Shown here piece by piece: positions 29,178-38,067 of a DNA stretch of 64,000 nt. The notes under the pieces were generated by a model that had not been told where the DNA came from, did not search any database, and saw only the letters and a list, made by a program, of their open reading frames with translations. Position numbers and translations under genes: made by a program. This stretch comes from an uncultured Gammaproteobacteria bacterium (lineage in GTDB: Bacteria; Patescibacteriota; Microgenomatia; UBA12405), in assembly GCA_964549165.1 (NCBI GenBank), contig CAZJUH010000001.1, positions 863-64,862 on the forward strand, read 5' to 3'. Positions within the stretch are counted from its first letter, which is position 1; each line of letters starts with the position of its first letter.

Positions 29178-30296
29178 ATGAAGCTTTCCCTTTTACAAGA
29201 AAACATCTCTCTCGCTCTCAACCATACTTCTCGTTTTGTCGCTTCCAAAATTCAACTTCCTATCTTAAACCATATTCTTTTTTCCACCGACAAAGGTCGT
29301 CTAAAATTATCTGCCACCAATTTAGAGCTTGGTATTAATTACTGGCTCGGAGCCAAGATTGAGGATGAGGGTTCTTTTTGCCTTCCCGCCAAAGAAATCA
29401 CGGAATTTGTTTCTTATTTACCTACTGGTCGTCTTGATCTTTTCTTAAAAAACAACAATATTCTGACTCTATCTTCAAATAAAACCGAATCAAACTTTGC
29501 CTGTCTACCTCCGGCTGATTTTCCCGAAATTCCCTCTCTTGATCCCAAAACTGCCTTTGAAATTGATTTACCAATATTGACTGAGGCGATTAATCAAATC
29601 GCTTTTGCTGCTGCTTCCGATGATTCCCGTCCTATTTTGACCGCCATTCTTTGTACTTTTTCTTCAAGTGAACTTAGTTTAGTGGCCACCGATGGCTTTA
29701 GATTATCTTTAAAAAATATAAAATTAACGAGTCCTCTCGATCTTTCAACTGGGACCAAAACTCTTTTAATTCCCGCCAAAAGTTTGCTTGAAATCGTCAA
29801 ACTGGCTAAAAATGCTAAAAAAATCAAAATAGGACTCACAAAAGATTCCAATCAGGTAGTTTTCGTCTTAGAGGATTTGGAGCTTGTTTCCCGGCTTATC
29901 GAGGGTGATTATCCTGACTATCATCGAATTATCCCAAAGGAAGCAATAACTAAAATTTATCTAAATCGCGACGAACTCGTTCAGGCCATCAAGCAAAGCT
30001 CTGTTTTTGCTCGTCAATCTGCCAATGTTGTTAAATTAAGTCTTAAAGCCTCTTCAATTGAGCTTTCTGCCAATGCTCCTCAAATTGGTCAAAATAAAGT
30101 TAGTGTTGATGCCCGTATCGAAGGAGAATCCCTAGAAATTGCCTTTAACTACAAATTTATCTCTGATTTTTTGACTATTTGTCAAGGCGAGGAAATTATT
30201 ATTGAGTTAAACGAAGCTCTTTCTCCTGGTCTTTTCCGTGATCAGTCTGACCCCGCCCTCACTCATATTATTATGCCTGTTAGGATTCAAGATTAG
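29178..30296 (+). CDS. dnaN: DNA polymerase III beta sliding clamp
   Basis: 372 aa with the three-domain clamp architecture, directly after dnaA. Confidence 0.9.
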   Translation: MKLSLLQENISLALNHTSRFVASKIQLPILNHILFSTDKGRLKLSATNLELGINYWLGAKIEDEGSFCLPAKEITEFVSYLPTGRLDLFLKNNNILTLSSNKTESNFACLPPADFPEIPSLDPKTAFEIDLPILTEAINQIAFAAASDDSRPILTAILCTFSSSELSLVATDGFRLSLKNIKLTSPLDLSTGTKTLLIPAKSLLEIVKLAKNAKKIKIGLTKDSNQVVFVLEDLELVSRLIEGDYPDYHRIIPKEAITKIYLNRDELVQAIKQSSVFARQSANVVKLSLKASSIELSANAPQIGQNKVSVDARIEGESLEIAFNYKFISDFLTICQGEEIIIELNEALSPGLFRDQSDPALTHIIMPVRIQD

Positions 30297-30398
30297 CCAT
30301 ATTATTATGTTTACCAAGCCGAAGCTTTAGCGCAGGCTGGCCTGTTAGGATTCAAGATTAGTTTTTTTAGGTTTTAGAATTTAGATTTTTTCTGTTTT

Positions 30399-30758
30399 TT
30401 ATTCTTCTTCAAATATCAGCCTTTGACTTTCTGTCGCGATCTTATTTTCTCTCATCCAGTTGTATATTTCTTGTTTAATTATTTTCTCATCCACCTTTTC
30501 ACTTTTCTTAATCAAAAGAGTATTTGGCTCTGTGTAGCGCTCTACAACATAGCCAACTCCCTTATAAGGTAACTTTTCCCATAATGGATACTCAACACTG
30601 ATTTGAGAGGAAATAGTTGGGCTTGGAGAGATAATTTGGAGCACTTCCTTTTGTTCCCACTTTACATTTCTATATTTAAATTTTACTATCCCCATTGCTG
30701 TCGCAATCACCAGCAGTATGATTATTAATCGGTATTTATATATATCTTTAAAATTCAT
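30399..30758 (-). CDS. Small membrane-anchored protein (T4SS-cluster accessory candidate)
   Basis: 119 aa with an N-terminal TM helix (LIIILLVIATAMGIV). Overlaps the upstream gene by 4 nt and is last in the minus-strand operon with virB4. Confidence 0.4.
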   Translation of the reverse strand: MNFKDIYKYRLIIILLVIATAMGIVKFKYRNVKWEQKEVLQIISPSPTISSQISVEYPLWEKLPYKGVGYVVERYTEPNTLLIKKSEKVDEKIIKQEIYNWMRENKIATESQRLIFEEE

Positions 30759-31681
30759 TTATCTGCTTTTAATAATACTGGAATATTAATCGGTTTATTT
30801 TCTTTTGGAGAAAAAGTATTCCCTTCGAGTATAAAATAAGGCTCGACACTTTCTCTTTTGTTATCGTAAATTTGTACTAGTTGTATTTGATTTGCATTTA
30901 CCTTACCAATTTCATCATAAAGATCATTAACCCCCGCCCTGTAATTATTTATCGGACTTTTTATTGCCTCATCTAGTGTCATTATTTGCCAGTAATCATC
31001 AGTTGTTTTAATTTCTGGTTTTAAATAAATCATTATTTTAACTAAATTTTCCTGACCATCAAAATAAGCCTTTATCGCTTCGCCATGAAAAGTAGTCAAT
31101 CTCATTCCGTCAACCAAATAATCGCCACTAATTTCCAAAAACTGAGCCTCGTTTTGAGTTGTTTCAATCAAATATGGCTGATTGTATTTTCTGTAGCTGT
31201 TGTTTGTCCATTCGACTTCCAAAGCTGTTTCTTTATTTAAATCACTGGCAATTTTTCGCAGCTTGTTTTTTAATTCACCAATTTCCCATTTTGTCGTCAC
31301 GGGCACCTTATCAAGATTGCTTGGCATATTTGTATACTGAATATAGTTTAGCTCTTTTACTACATAGCCATTTTGCTTGTTAATGCCAAAATATTTTATT
31401 ATTTCTCCTTCTATTTTTTCATCAATAATCTTTCTTTTTATGGTTATTTTTTTAAATTCTTCCGGATAATTTTGCTTTATATCTGAATTCCAATTTACTG
31501 CCCCAATTTTTTTTAAGGTTTCAGGAAAAGTCGTCTGCTTATTATCTACCCCCAAAGTTGGAGCTATTCCGGGCACTATCGGTGTCTTGGTTGGTTCTTT
31601 TTTGTCTTTAGGCCATATCAACCAAATAAACAATCCTAAAAATATTATTCCTAATATTATTAATTTATTTTTTTTAATCAT
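30755..31681 (-). CDS. Membrane-anchored extracytoplasmic protein (VirB8-like topology; function unknown)
   Basis: 308 aa. N-terminal TM helix (LIILGIIFLGLFIWLIW), then a soluble domain. Lies immediately downstream of the M23 hydrolase gene. Confidence 0.4.
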   Translation of the reverse strand: MIKKNKLIILGIIFLGLFIWLIWPKDKKEPTKTPIVPGIAPTLGVDNKQTTFPETLKKIGAVNWNSDIKQNYPEEFKKITIKRKIIDEKIEGEIIKYFGINKQNGYVVKELNYIQYTNMPSNLDKVPVTTKWEIGELKNKLRKIASDLNKETALEVEWTNNSYRKYNQPYLIETTQNEAQFLEISGDYLVDGMRLTTFHGEAIKAYFDGQENLVKIMIYLKPEIKTTDDYWQIMTLDEAIKSPINNYRAGVNDLYDEIGKVNANQIQLVQIYDNKRESVEPYFILEGNTFSPKENKPINIPVLLKADK

Positions 31682-31694
31682 ATTTTATTTTAGC

Positions 31695-34600
31695 CTATCG
31701 ACATAGGCTATTGAATTCGTCCTGACTAATTCCAAAATAAGGACCTGCAATATCCCAGTCTATGTTTGCTCCTACCACTTCATAATGTAAATGATTTCCG
31801 CTTGAATACCCAGTATTGTCAACGATTCCAATTTGCTGACCGGCTTGTACTACTTCTCCGTCACCAACTCTGTATCCTCCAGCCGGCATGTGGGCATAGC
31901 GGATAAAAAAATCGTCCCCACCATAACTACTGTGAATGTCGATATAAAATCCATATCCATTTCCTTCACCAAGTCTGGCAATACCAGAAAAAGTTGAGAA
32001 AATTGGTGTGCCAAAATCTGCTCCCCAGTCCATTGCCCAAATTCCATTATGAGAATAAGAACCAAAAGGACACTGTGTTCTGGTGCCGGCAACGGGCGCC
32101 CCGCCGGGATTCATTGTTGATGGTCCACCACCTCCACTTGTACTACAAAGATAGGTTTGACCATCGTCTCCTATAATTTCCTTTGTTGGTCCGGTCAGTG
32201 AAAAAGGCGCCCCTGCCTGTTCACAGTTTTGCCCACCCTTTTCCACATAAATATCCTTTGGTAGGGGTACACCCGCAATCCACGTCCAGGTTTCTTTCAT
32301 TCCGTCATTGGGATTATTCAAATATTTTCTTCCAGTATTTCCGCTTTGTGTCTGTCCGGCGTCTGGATCACATTGTCCCGTTAAAAAATTAGTGGCCCAG
32401 GCCAGCCAGTAATCGCCTCCAATTTTTGGTTCATTAATACACGCTGACGCCGGATCCAGTCTTAAAAACACTTTAATTTGAGCATCAAAATTATTTTCAA
32501 TTGAACTATCGTTAATTCCAAAATCCTGAACCTTTCCATTATCATAATTACTTCCGGCGGTCTCATGCATCCAAACCCAAAGAGCGTACAGAGGATTAAT
32601 TCCGGCACAAAGAGACCTGTTGACTACGTCGTTATAACATTCCTCAACATGACTTTTACCAGCCTGCCAATCTTTTACAACCCTAAAATAATTACTCTTA
32701 CTTATTAAACCCGGCACCTCATTTTCTGGCGCATTCATATCACAGTTAATCTCTCCTTCCGGTAATCCTCCCGGACCACTTCCTCTTTTTAGAATACAAC
32801 CGCTCAAATCTTTTGGAGGAACAATCGATGATACCTGTTGGTGCATTAGCATGTTATACAAAAAACTTCCCGCAAAAAAAACAATAAATATTGGTAATAA
32901 AAAAGATCCAAAATTAACTAATCCCAGCAGTGCTGGTATTCCAACTAAAAAAGTTCCAATATCAAAAACAAACTGAGCCACCCCCCCAACAAACTTTCCC
33001 AGTCCCAAATCTTCGGCAACAAATTTTTTGATTTTGTTTAGACTCGTTCCTAAAATTTTTTCTAAAAATTTTTTAGCCGCATCTATTATAGGTTTAGCTA
33101 CTACTATTACCAAAGCCACAACGGCAATTATTTGTCCCACCACCGGTAGGGCTTGAAAAGCAGCTACTACTCCAGCGAGTGCTCCTCCACTTGCTGCGCC
33201 CCCAGCTGCCGTTACCGCACCTTTACCCGAGATAGATTTTAGAATTAATCCCACCCCTTTTACTGTTCCCTCTTTGGCAATTACTGCGGCTGAGTTTTTA
33301 ACAAAAGCTGCTGTTGCTTGACCTCCGATTTTTTCGATTATTTTTAAACCAGCTTTTTGGACTCCTATTTTTGACAATACATTTCCCGGAAAAACACTTA
33401 TCTTTTGCCAAACACCAACCATTTTTTGAGTTCCGTTCATTAATTTCAACATTTCCGGACTATTTTTAAAAATAGTTGCCATTTTTTCCGTCACTCTAAT
33501 TTCTTTTAATTTTGGCAATTTATCACTCCCTATCTTTTCTCGCAGTCTGTTGTATTTTTGAATTAGATTATTAAACTTTTTCGGTGCCATTACCACGTTA
33601 CTAGCCATAAATCTGGCCTCATCTATCGATCTTTCTATTTCTCCGTCACTTTTATTTTGGTTTTCGTTTTTAACAAAATTATATGTATCGCTCCTATTTT
33701 CCTCAGCCATGGCACTAGCTGGATCATTTATAAAGGCATTAACCACCGTGACATATTCTTTAATTAATTTTTCATTTTTTACTCCACTTTTCCTTAACTC
33801 TTCGCCTATTTCCTTTCCAAGTTCCAGTCTTCGGTAGTTTACAATTGCTTTTATATTTTCGTTTTTATAATTATCGGTTGCTTTTTCTGCTTCGGCAACT
33901 ATTACCCGGGCCTCTTTCATGTTAGACAGATCTTCGGGTACCCGAAGACGATCTCCTTCTTTCCAGGCGATTAATATTTCGTTTTTAATTTTTTCTTTAA
34001 TTTCATTATTAATTGGCAACTTTTCTTCAACCAGTTTTTCGTAGGTAGCTTTAGCAACTTCTTCGGCCCTTTCTTTTACTTTAATTTCTGCTCTAATCTC
34101 TTCAACTTTTTGAATTAAATCATCAACCTTTTCCGAATCTTTAATTCTTTTTTTTAGTTCTTTTTTTAATTCTTTTGTTTTATAATCTTGATCATTTTTA
34201 AGACTATTCTCTTCGAAAATTTCAAACAATCTTTCTTTCTCCTTTTGTTCATCCGAGGTTAAAACTTCAACGATTTTCTCTTTTTTAATTTCTTCCACCT
34301 TGTCAATTCGTGTCCGTCCATCTTCTTCAGCCAGTCTATTCATTGCCAGGTCTTCAACTATCTTTGTTTTGGTTTTAAAATTGAGCCTATTGAGTTTATT
34401 GGCATTTCTTAAAGCAATTTCCTTTTGAACCTCAATAAATCGCTTAACATCTTTTTGACCCGTTCTTTGATAAATTTCTTTTTCTATTTTTTCTCTTTCG
34501 TTATTACTTTTAGCTTTTTCATAATCTTCAAGTAGTTCTTTCAAATCCTGCTTGTTCAAAGATTTTGTTTCTAGTTTTTTTTCTCCAATTTCTAGCTCTT

Positions 34601-34811
34601 CTATTTTTAGTTCTTTTATTTCTGGCGGCAAATCCCTTAGGGTTTTAATTGTTTTTTTTAGATTTCCCGGATCAAAGTTACTTAATATCTTAAGTTTTTC
34701 AAAGACACCTCGACAAGACCAAAACAGGTCATGTTCATCGTTTAATTTTTTTTTGCCAAGCCCTTCAAGTGACACAATTAATTCCGTAATATTATTGGGC
34801 GATTGACTCAT
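31695..34811 (-). CDS. T4SS-associated giant cell-wall hydrolase: coiled-coil N-region, TM segment cluster, C-terminal M23/LytM peptidase domain
   Basis: 1038 aa. Long K/E-rich coiled-coil region, a Gly/Ala-rich hydrophobic block (about 3 TM helices), and a Cys-containing central domain. The C-terminus carries M23 signatures (HMPAGGYRVGDGEVVQAGQQIG...GYSSGNHLHYEV). The architecture resembles PrgK/TcpG-type conjugation hydrolases. Confidence 0.7.
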   Translation of the reverse strand: MSQSPNNITELIVSLEGLGKKKLNDEHDLFWSCRGVFEKLKILSNFDPGNLKKTIKTLRDLPPEIKELKIEELEIGEKKLETKSLNKQDLKELLEDYEKAKSNNEREKIEKEIYQRTGQKDVKRFIEVQKEIALRNANKLNRLNFKTKTKIVEDLAMNRLAEEDGRTRIDKVEEIKKEKIVEVLTSDEQKEKERLFEIFEENSLKNDQDYKTKELKKELKKRIKDSEKVDDLIQKVEEIRAEIKVKERAEEVAKATYEKLVEEKLPINNEIKEKIKNEILIAWKEGDRLRVPEDLSNMKEARVIVAEAEKATDNYKNENIKAIVNYRRLELGKEIGEELRKSGVKNEKLIKEYVTVVNAFINDPASAMAEENRSDTYNFVKNENQNKSDGEIERSIDEARFMASNVVMAPKKFNNLIQKYNRLREKIGSDKLPKLKEIRVTEKMATIFKNSPEMLKLMNGTQKMVGVWQKISVFPGNVLSKIGVQKAGLKIIEKIGGQATAAFVKNSAAVIAKEGTVKGVGLILKSISGKGAVTAAGGAASGGALAGVVAAFQALPVVGQIIAVVALVIVVAKPIIDAAKKFLEKILGTSLNKIKKFVAEDLGLGKFVGGVAQFVFDIGTFLVGIPALLGLVNFGSFLLPIFIVFFAGSFLYNMLMHQQVSSIVPPKDLSGCILKRGSGPGGLPEGEINCDMNAPENEVPGLISKSNYFRVVKDWQAGKSHVEECYNDVVNRSLCAGINPLYALWVWMHETAGSNYDNGKVQDFGINDSSIENNFDAQIKVFLRLDPASACINEPKIGGDYWLAWATNFLTGQCDPDAGQTQSGNTGRKYLNNPNDGMKETWTWIAGVPLPKDIYVEKGGQNCEQAGAPFSLTGPTKEIIGDDGQTYLCSTSGGGGPSTMNPGGAPVAGTRTQCPFGSYSHNGIWAMDWGADFGTPIFSTFSGIARLGEGNGYGFYIDIHSSYGGDDFFIRYAHMPAGGYRVGDGEVVQAGQQIGIVDNTGYSSGNHLHYEVVGANIDWDIAGPYFGISQDEFNSLCR

Positions 34812-34825
34812 TCAAAAATTATACC

Positions 34826-37288
34826 TTAAGTCGCATCATCGTTTCCAAATAGCTTGTCGTATGTCATCTTTGCCTCATCTTTTTTTGCTTCTGCTGTCTT
34901 TATTTCTTCTTTGGGCTTTAGGCTTTCTTCTATTTTTGTCGTAAATTCTGCCTTTGTTTTTTTGGCGAGCTGTGGTGGTTGTGGAATCACTGGCTCTTTT
35001 TGTTGGTTAATAAACAGGGGTTTTGTCGGTGCTTCGAATTTTGGCAGGGGCGGAAGTGGGGGCGTCGATTTAAATAATTCTTGATATTTGGGTAAAGATC
35101 CACCGGTATTTTTATCCTCTTCGCTATTGTTTTTTTCACTACTTACCTCCTTAAGCTCTTCTTCTGTTTTCTTATTTTCTTCTTCTTCCATTTGGGTGAC
35201 TCTTTTTAGAAGCGCCTCTTCCGGTGATTCCTCCACCTCAGACTTAAAGAGCAATGTTGGCTTCTGTTCCTCCTCTTTAGGCTTTTCCACCAAAGGCGGA
35301 TCAGCCTCTGGCTGAAGATTTTCTTCCGGCTTTACCTCAATTAAAACTTCTTTTACTGGTTCTGTCACCACCGTTTTCTCTTCCTCTTTTTCTTCTTTTT
35401 TTACCAGGCTGGTATCGACGTCAGTCGATATAATAGCCTGGCTTTCTTTCTTCACCAGTGCTGCCTGTTTTTCGGCAATTTTTTGCCGAAGTATCTCTTC
35501 TGGATTTGAAGTAATTAATTTATGTTCTTCTTCTGAGGCGATTACCTGAATTGCCACGTGATTTTGTCCGGCAAAAAATATTCCCTCTCCTTTATCTGCT
35601 GACAAGAGCAGTTGTTTTTCCCCTTCAGATAGGTAAAACGTTTCTCCAATTAGGTCGATAGCGGCACTGTGTTGTTTGAGCAGTATTTGAATTGAGCTGT
35701 TTGTCACTATTTCTTTTCCATAAGGAGTGTTTAAAAAGTCGTCAACATCTTGGGTGATTGTTGTTACTCCGAGATAATATTTTCGACCTCTTTTAATAAT
35801 TCCCCTGAGAAATGCCGCCGAATCATCATATTGCATCAAATACCAAGCCTCATCCACCACCAAAATTCTCTTTTTAAGTTCTTTTTTCACAATTGTCCAA
35901 ATGTAGTCAAGTATTATGTGCATTGCCACTGGTCGTAAACTTTCTTCAAGGTTGCGAATTCCAAAAACCACAAAGCTATTATTTAAGTTTACGGTTGTTT
36001 TTTGATTAAAAATTCCCGCAAAGGAACCCTTAATATATTTTTCCAGTCTTGCCGCCAGGCTTTTCGCCTTTTCTTCTTCGGCTCCAATCAGGGCTTTGTA
36101 TAAGTCTTCAATTAGAGGCGCTTCTCGGGTCTGGGTCTCGGGATCTGGTGATATTCCCTTGGCCTTATAGGCCTCCATAATAGACCTATCTAAAATTGAT
36201 TCCTCGATAGGATCCATGGCCCCGAGCATTATTTTAAACATTTTATGTAAGGTTAGGATTTTGTCATTTAAGGCGTTTTCCCCCTCTTCTGTTACCAGCG
36301 ACAAATCAAAAGGATTGATTTTTGAAGCTTCTCCATAGCCAAAGGCAATATATTGGCCTCCCACCGATTCGGCTAGACTCTTATATTCATTCTCTGGGTC
36401 AATAACAATAATGTCGGTTCCGAGCATTAGTGACCTCATTGCTTCGAGTTTGATCATATATGATTTACCGGCACCGGCCGAGGCAAAAACCACCGAGTTG
36501 TAGTTTAGCATCGAAAATCTATCAAAAATTACGAGAGATCCGTTATGTTCATTGATTCCAAACATAATTCCCTTATCATCTGATAGGTCCGACGATACAA
36601 AAGGAAAAGTACTGGCGAGGGAGGTTGTATCCATATTTCTGGTAATGTTTAGTCTATCGGAACATATCGGTAAAGTCGTTATAAAACCCTCCTCCATTTG
36701 TAGACTGGCTTTTTTGGAAATAATCATCAGCGCTCCTAGTCCCGATTCCAAGTTTTTGGTTGAAGTATCAAGTTCTTCTTTGGTTTTTGCCGACAAGGTC
36801 AGATATAGGCCAAACTGGAAAAATCTTTCTTCTCCCTTGACAAGGTCTGCTTGCAAGGTCAGGGCATCTTCAAGTTTTGCCTGAGTTGCGGGGTTTACTA
36901 TTTTACCTCTTTGGATATCGGTACTTAGCTCTGCCTCCATTTCGGCAATTTTTCGCCTTAGATCATCAAGAATTTCTTTCCCGTCGGTTGGATAAATAAA
37001 CATCGAAATTTTTAATGACGCATCAAAATTAATTAATGTTGATAACCAATTAAGTCCCACAAATCTTGGATATCCAGCCACAAAACAGGTTCGGTAATAT
37101 TTGTTATCAATTCTGATGTGGTTAAAATCAACTTCAATTGCCGAGGGGGCAATAATGTCTTTAATTGATACCAGTCCCTCCACAAATTGCTTCGCCTCGC
37201 CAACAGTGGGCTTTGCCTCAATCGTAGGGCTGGAAACCGACTTGTCGGTTTTAATAGCCCTATTTTTTATTAAATCTAATATTTTCAT
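34826..37288 (-). CDS. VirB4/TrbE-family type IV secretion ATPase with an added Pro/Glu/Lys-rich C-terminal tail
   Basis: 820 aa. Walker A VVFASAGAGKSYMIKLE, Walker B region RILVVDEAWYLM, and conserved ...GRKYYLGVTTITQDVDDF. The C-terminal ~230 aa is low-complexity and contains the repeat-encoded ESQAIISTDVDTSLVKKE and NLQPEADPPLVEKPKEE. Confidence 0.75.
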   Translation of the reverse strand: MKILDLIKNRAIKTDKSVSSPTIEAKPTVGEAKQFVEGLVSIKDIIAPSAIEVDFNHIRIDNKYYRTCFVAGYPRFVGLNWLSTLINFDASLKISMFIYPTDGKEILDDLRRKIAEMEAELSTDIQRGKIVNPATQAKLEDALTLQADLVKGEERFFQFGLYLTLSAKTKEELDTSTKNLESGLGALMIISKKASLQMEEGFITTLPICSDRLNITRNMDTTSLASTFPFVSSDLSDDKGIMFGINEHNGSLVIFDRFSMLNYNSVVFASAGAGKSYMIKLEAMRSLMLGTDIIVIDPENEYKSLAESVGGQYIAFGYGEASKINPFDLSLVTEEGENALNDKILTLHKMFKIMLGAMDPIEESILDRSIMEAYKAKGISPDPETQTREAPLIEDLYKALIGAEEEKAKSLAARLEKYIKGSFAGIFNQKTTVNLNNSFVVFGIRNLEESLRPVAMHIILDYIWTIVKKELKKRILVVDEAWYLMQYDDSAAFLRGIIKRGRKYYLGVTTITQDVDDFLNTPYGKEIVTNSSIQILLKQHSAAIDLIGETFYLSEGEKQLLLSADKGEGIFFAGQNHVAIQVIASEEEHKLITSNPEEILRQKIAEKQAALVKKESQAIISTDVDTSLVKKEEKEEEKTVVTEPVKEVLIEVKPEENLQPEADPPLVEKPKEEEQKPTLLFKSEVEESPEEALLKRVTQMEEEENKKTEEELKEVSSEKNNSEEDKNTGGSLPKYQELFKSTPPLPPLPKFEAPTKPLFINQQKEPVIPQPPQLAKKTKAEFTTKIEESLKPKEEIKTAEAKKDEAKMTYDKLFGNDDAT
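35402..35442. repeat. 40-bp nested palindromic element encoding SQAIISTDVDTSLV (copy in virB4)
   Basis: ACCAGGCTGGTATCGACGTCAGTCGATATAATAGCCTGGCT: outer arms CCAGGCT/AGCCTGG, inner ATCGAC/GTCGAT. Other copies: 21422-21462, 38429-38467, 38471-38510, 38522-38561. Confidence 0.85.
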
Positions 37289-37338
37289 TTTATTTTTTAA
37301 TTTATTTAGGTTTTAGACTTTAGATTTTAGTCTTTTTT

Positions 37339-38040
37339 TTACTGTTTCCTCGTTACCGCTGCGGCGGTGTAATCAATGTTTTGTAATCTTTGGTTGTTAG
37401 CGAGATCTTCATTGTAAGTTCTGTAAAATAAATCAATTAATTCTTTGGTATTTAAGGCTTTAATTTCCAGTCCCAGTCTCGAAAAAAGTCTGACGATATG
37501 ATCTTCTTTTGGTTTAAGGGCCGCCTTAGCCTTTTCTAAAATATATTCTTTTGAGTATGGCAGTTCTGCCTTCTTTTTAATTGGATTTAACACCGCAAAA
37601 GCTTGTTTTTGGGCATTTTTTATTCCGAGTTCAAGGCTGGAAAAAGGAACCACCACATAAAAGGTTTTCGACAAAACATCATTTCTTTTTACCGTTTCTT
37701 CCACGAACTTTTTGTATGAAGTAATCCTGTCCTTTAATTTTTGATTTACTTGTTTATTTTTTGCCTCTTCCAAATTGTTTAAGTAATTTCCTACGTCTTT
37801 GGTGGTTGAATTAATGACAATTTGAATCGTAAAATTTAACGAATTTAAAATCCCTCCATAGGCAAAGACTAGAGCTCCCTGTTCTCTTTCTGATAATAAA
37901 TCAAAATTTACTGAGGAGACCTGAAGTACCATTGAGGCTGAGCCGTCTTTTAGAAGCACTATTCCATCAACGATATCTTCAATTGGCAAATTGTCTTGAG
38001 TGCTTCCTTTTATGGCATTTTTTAGAGGATCATTTGACAT
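37339..38040 (-). CDS. Hypothetical soluble protein immediately upstream of virB4
   Basis: 233 aa with no TM helix. Co-oriented with virB4 and separated from it by a 50-nt spacer containing a heptad repeat array. Confidence 0.45.
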   Translation of the reverse strand: MSNDPLKNAIKGSTQDNLPIEDIVDGIVLLKDGSASMVLQVSSVNFDLLSEREQGALVFAYGGILNSLNFTIQIVINSTTKDVGNYLNNLEEAKNKQVNQKLKDRITSYKKFVEETVKRNDVLSKTFYVVVPFSSLELGIKNAQKQAFAVLNPIKKKAELPYSKEYILEKAKAALKPKEDHIVRLFSRLGLEIKALNTKELIDLFYRTYNEDLANNQRLQNIDYTAAAVTRKQ

Positions 38041-38067
38041 GCTATTTAATAATAACCTATTTGTCTA

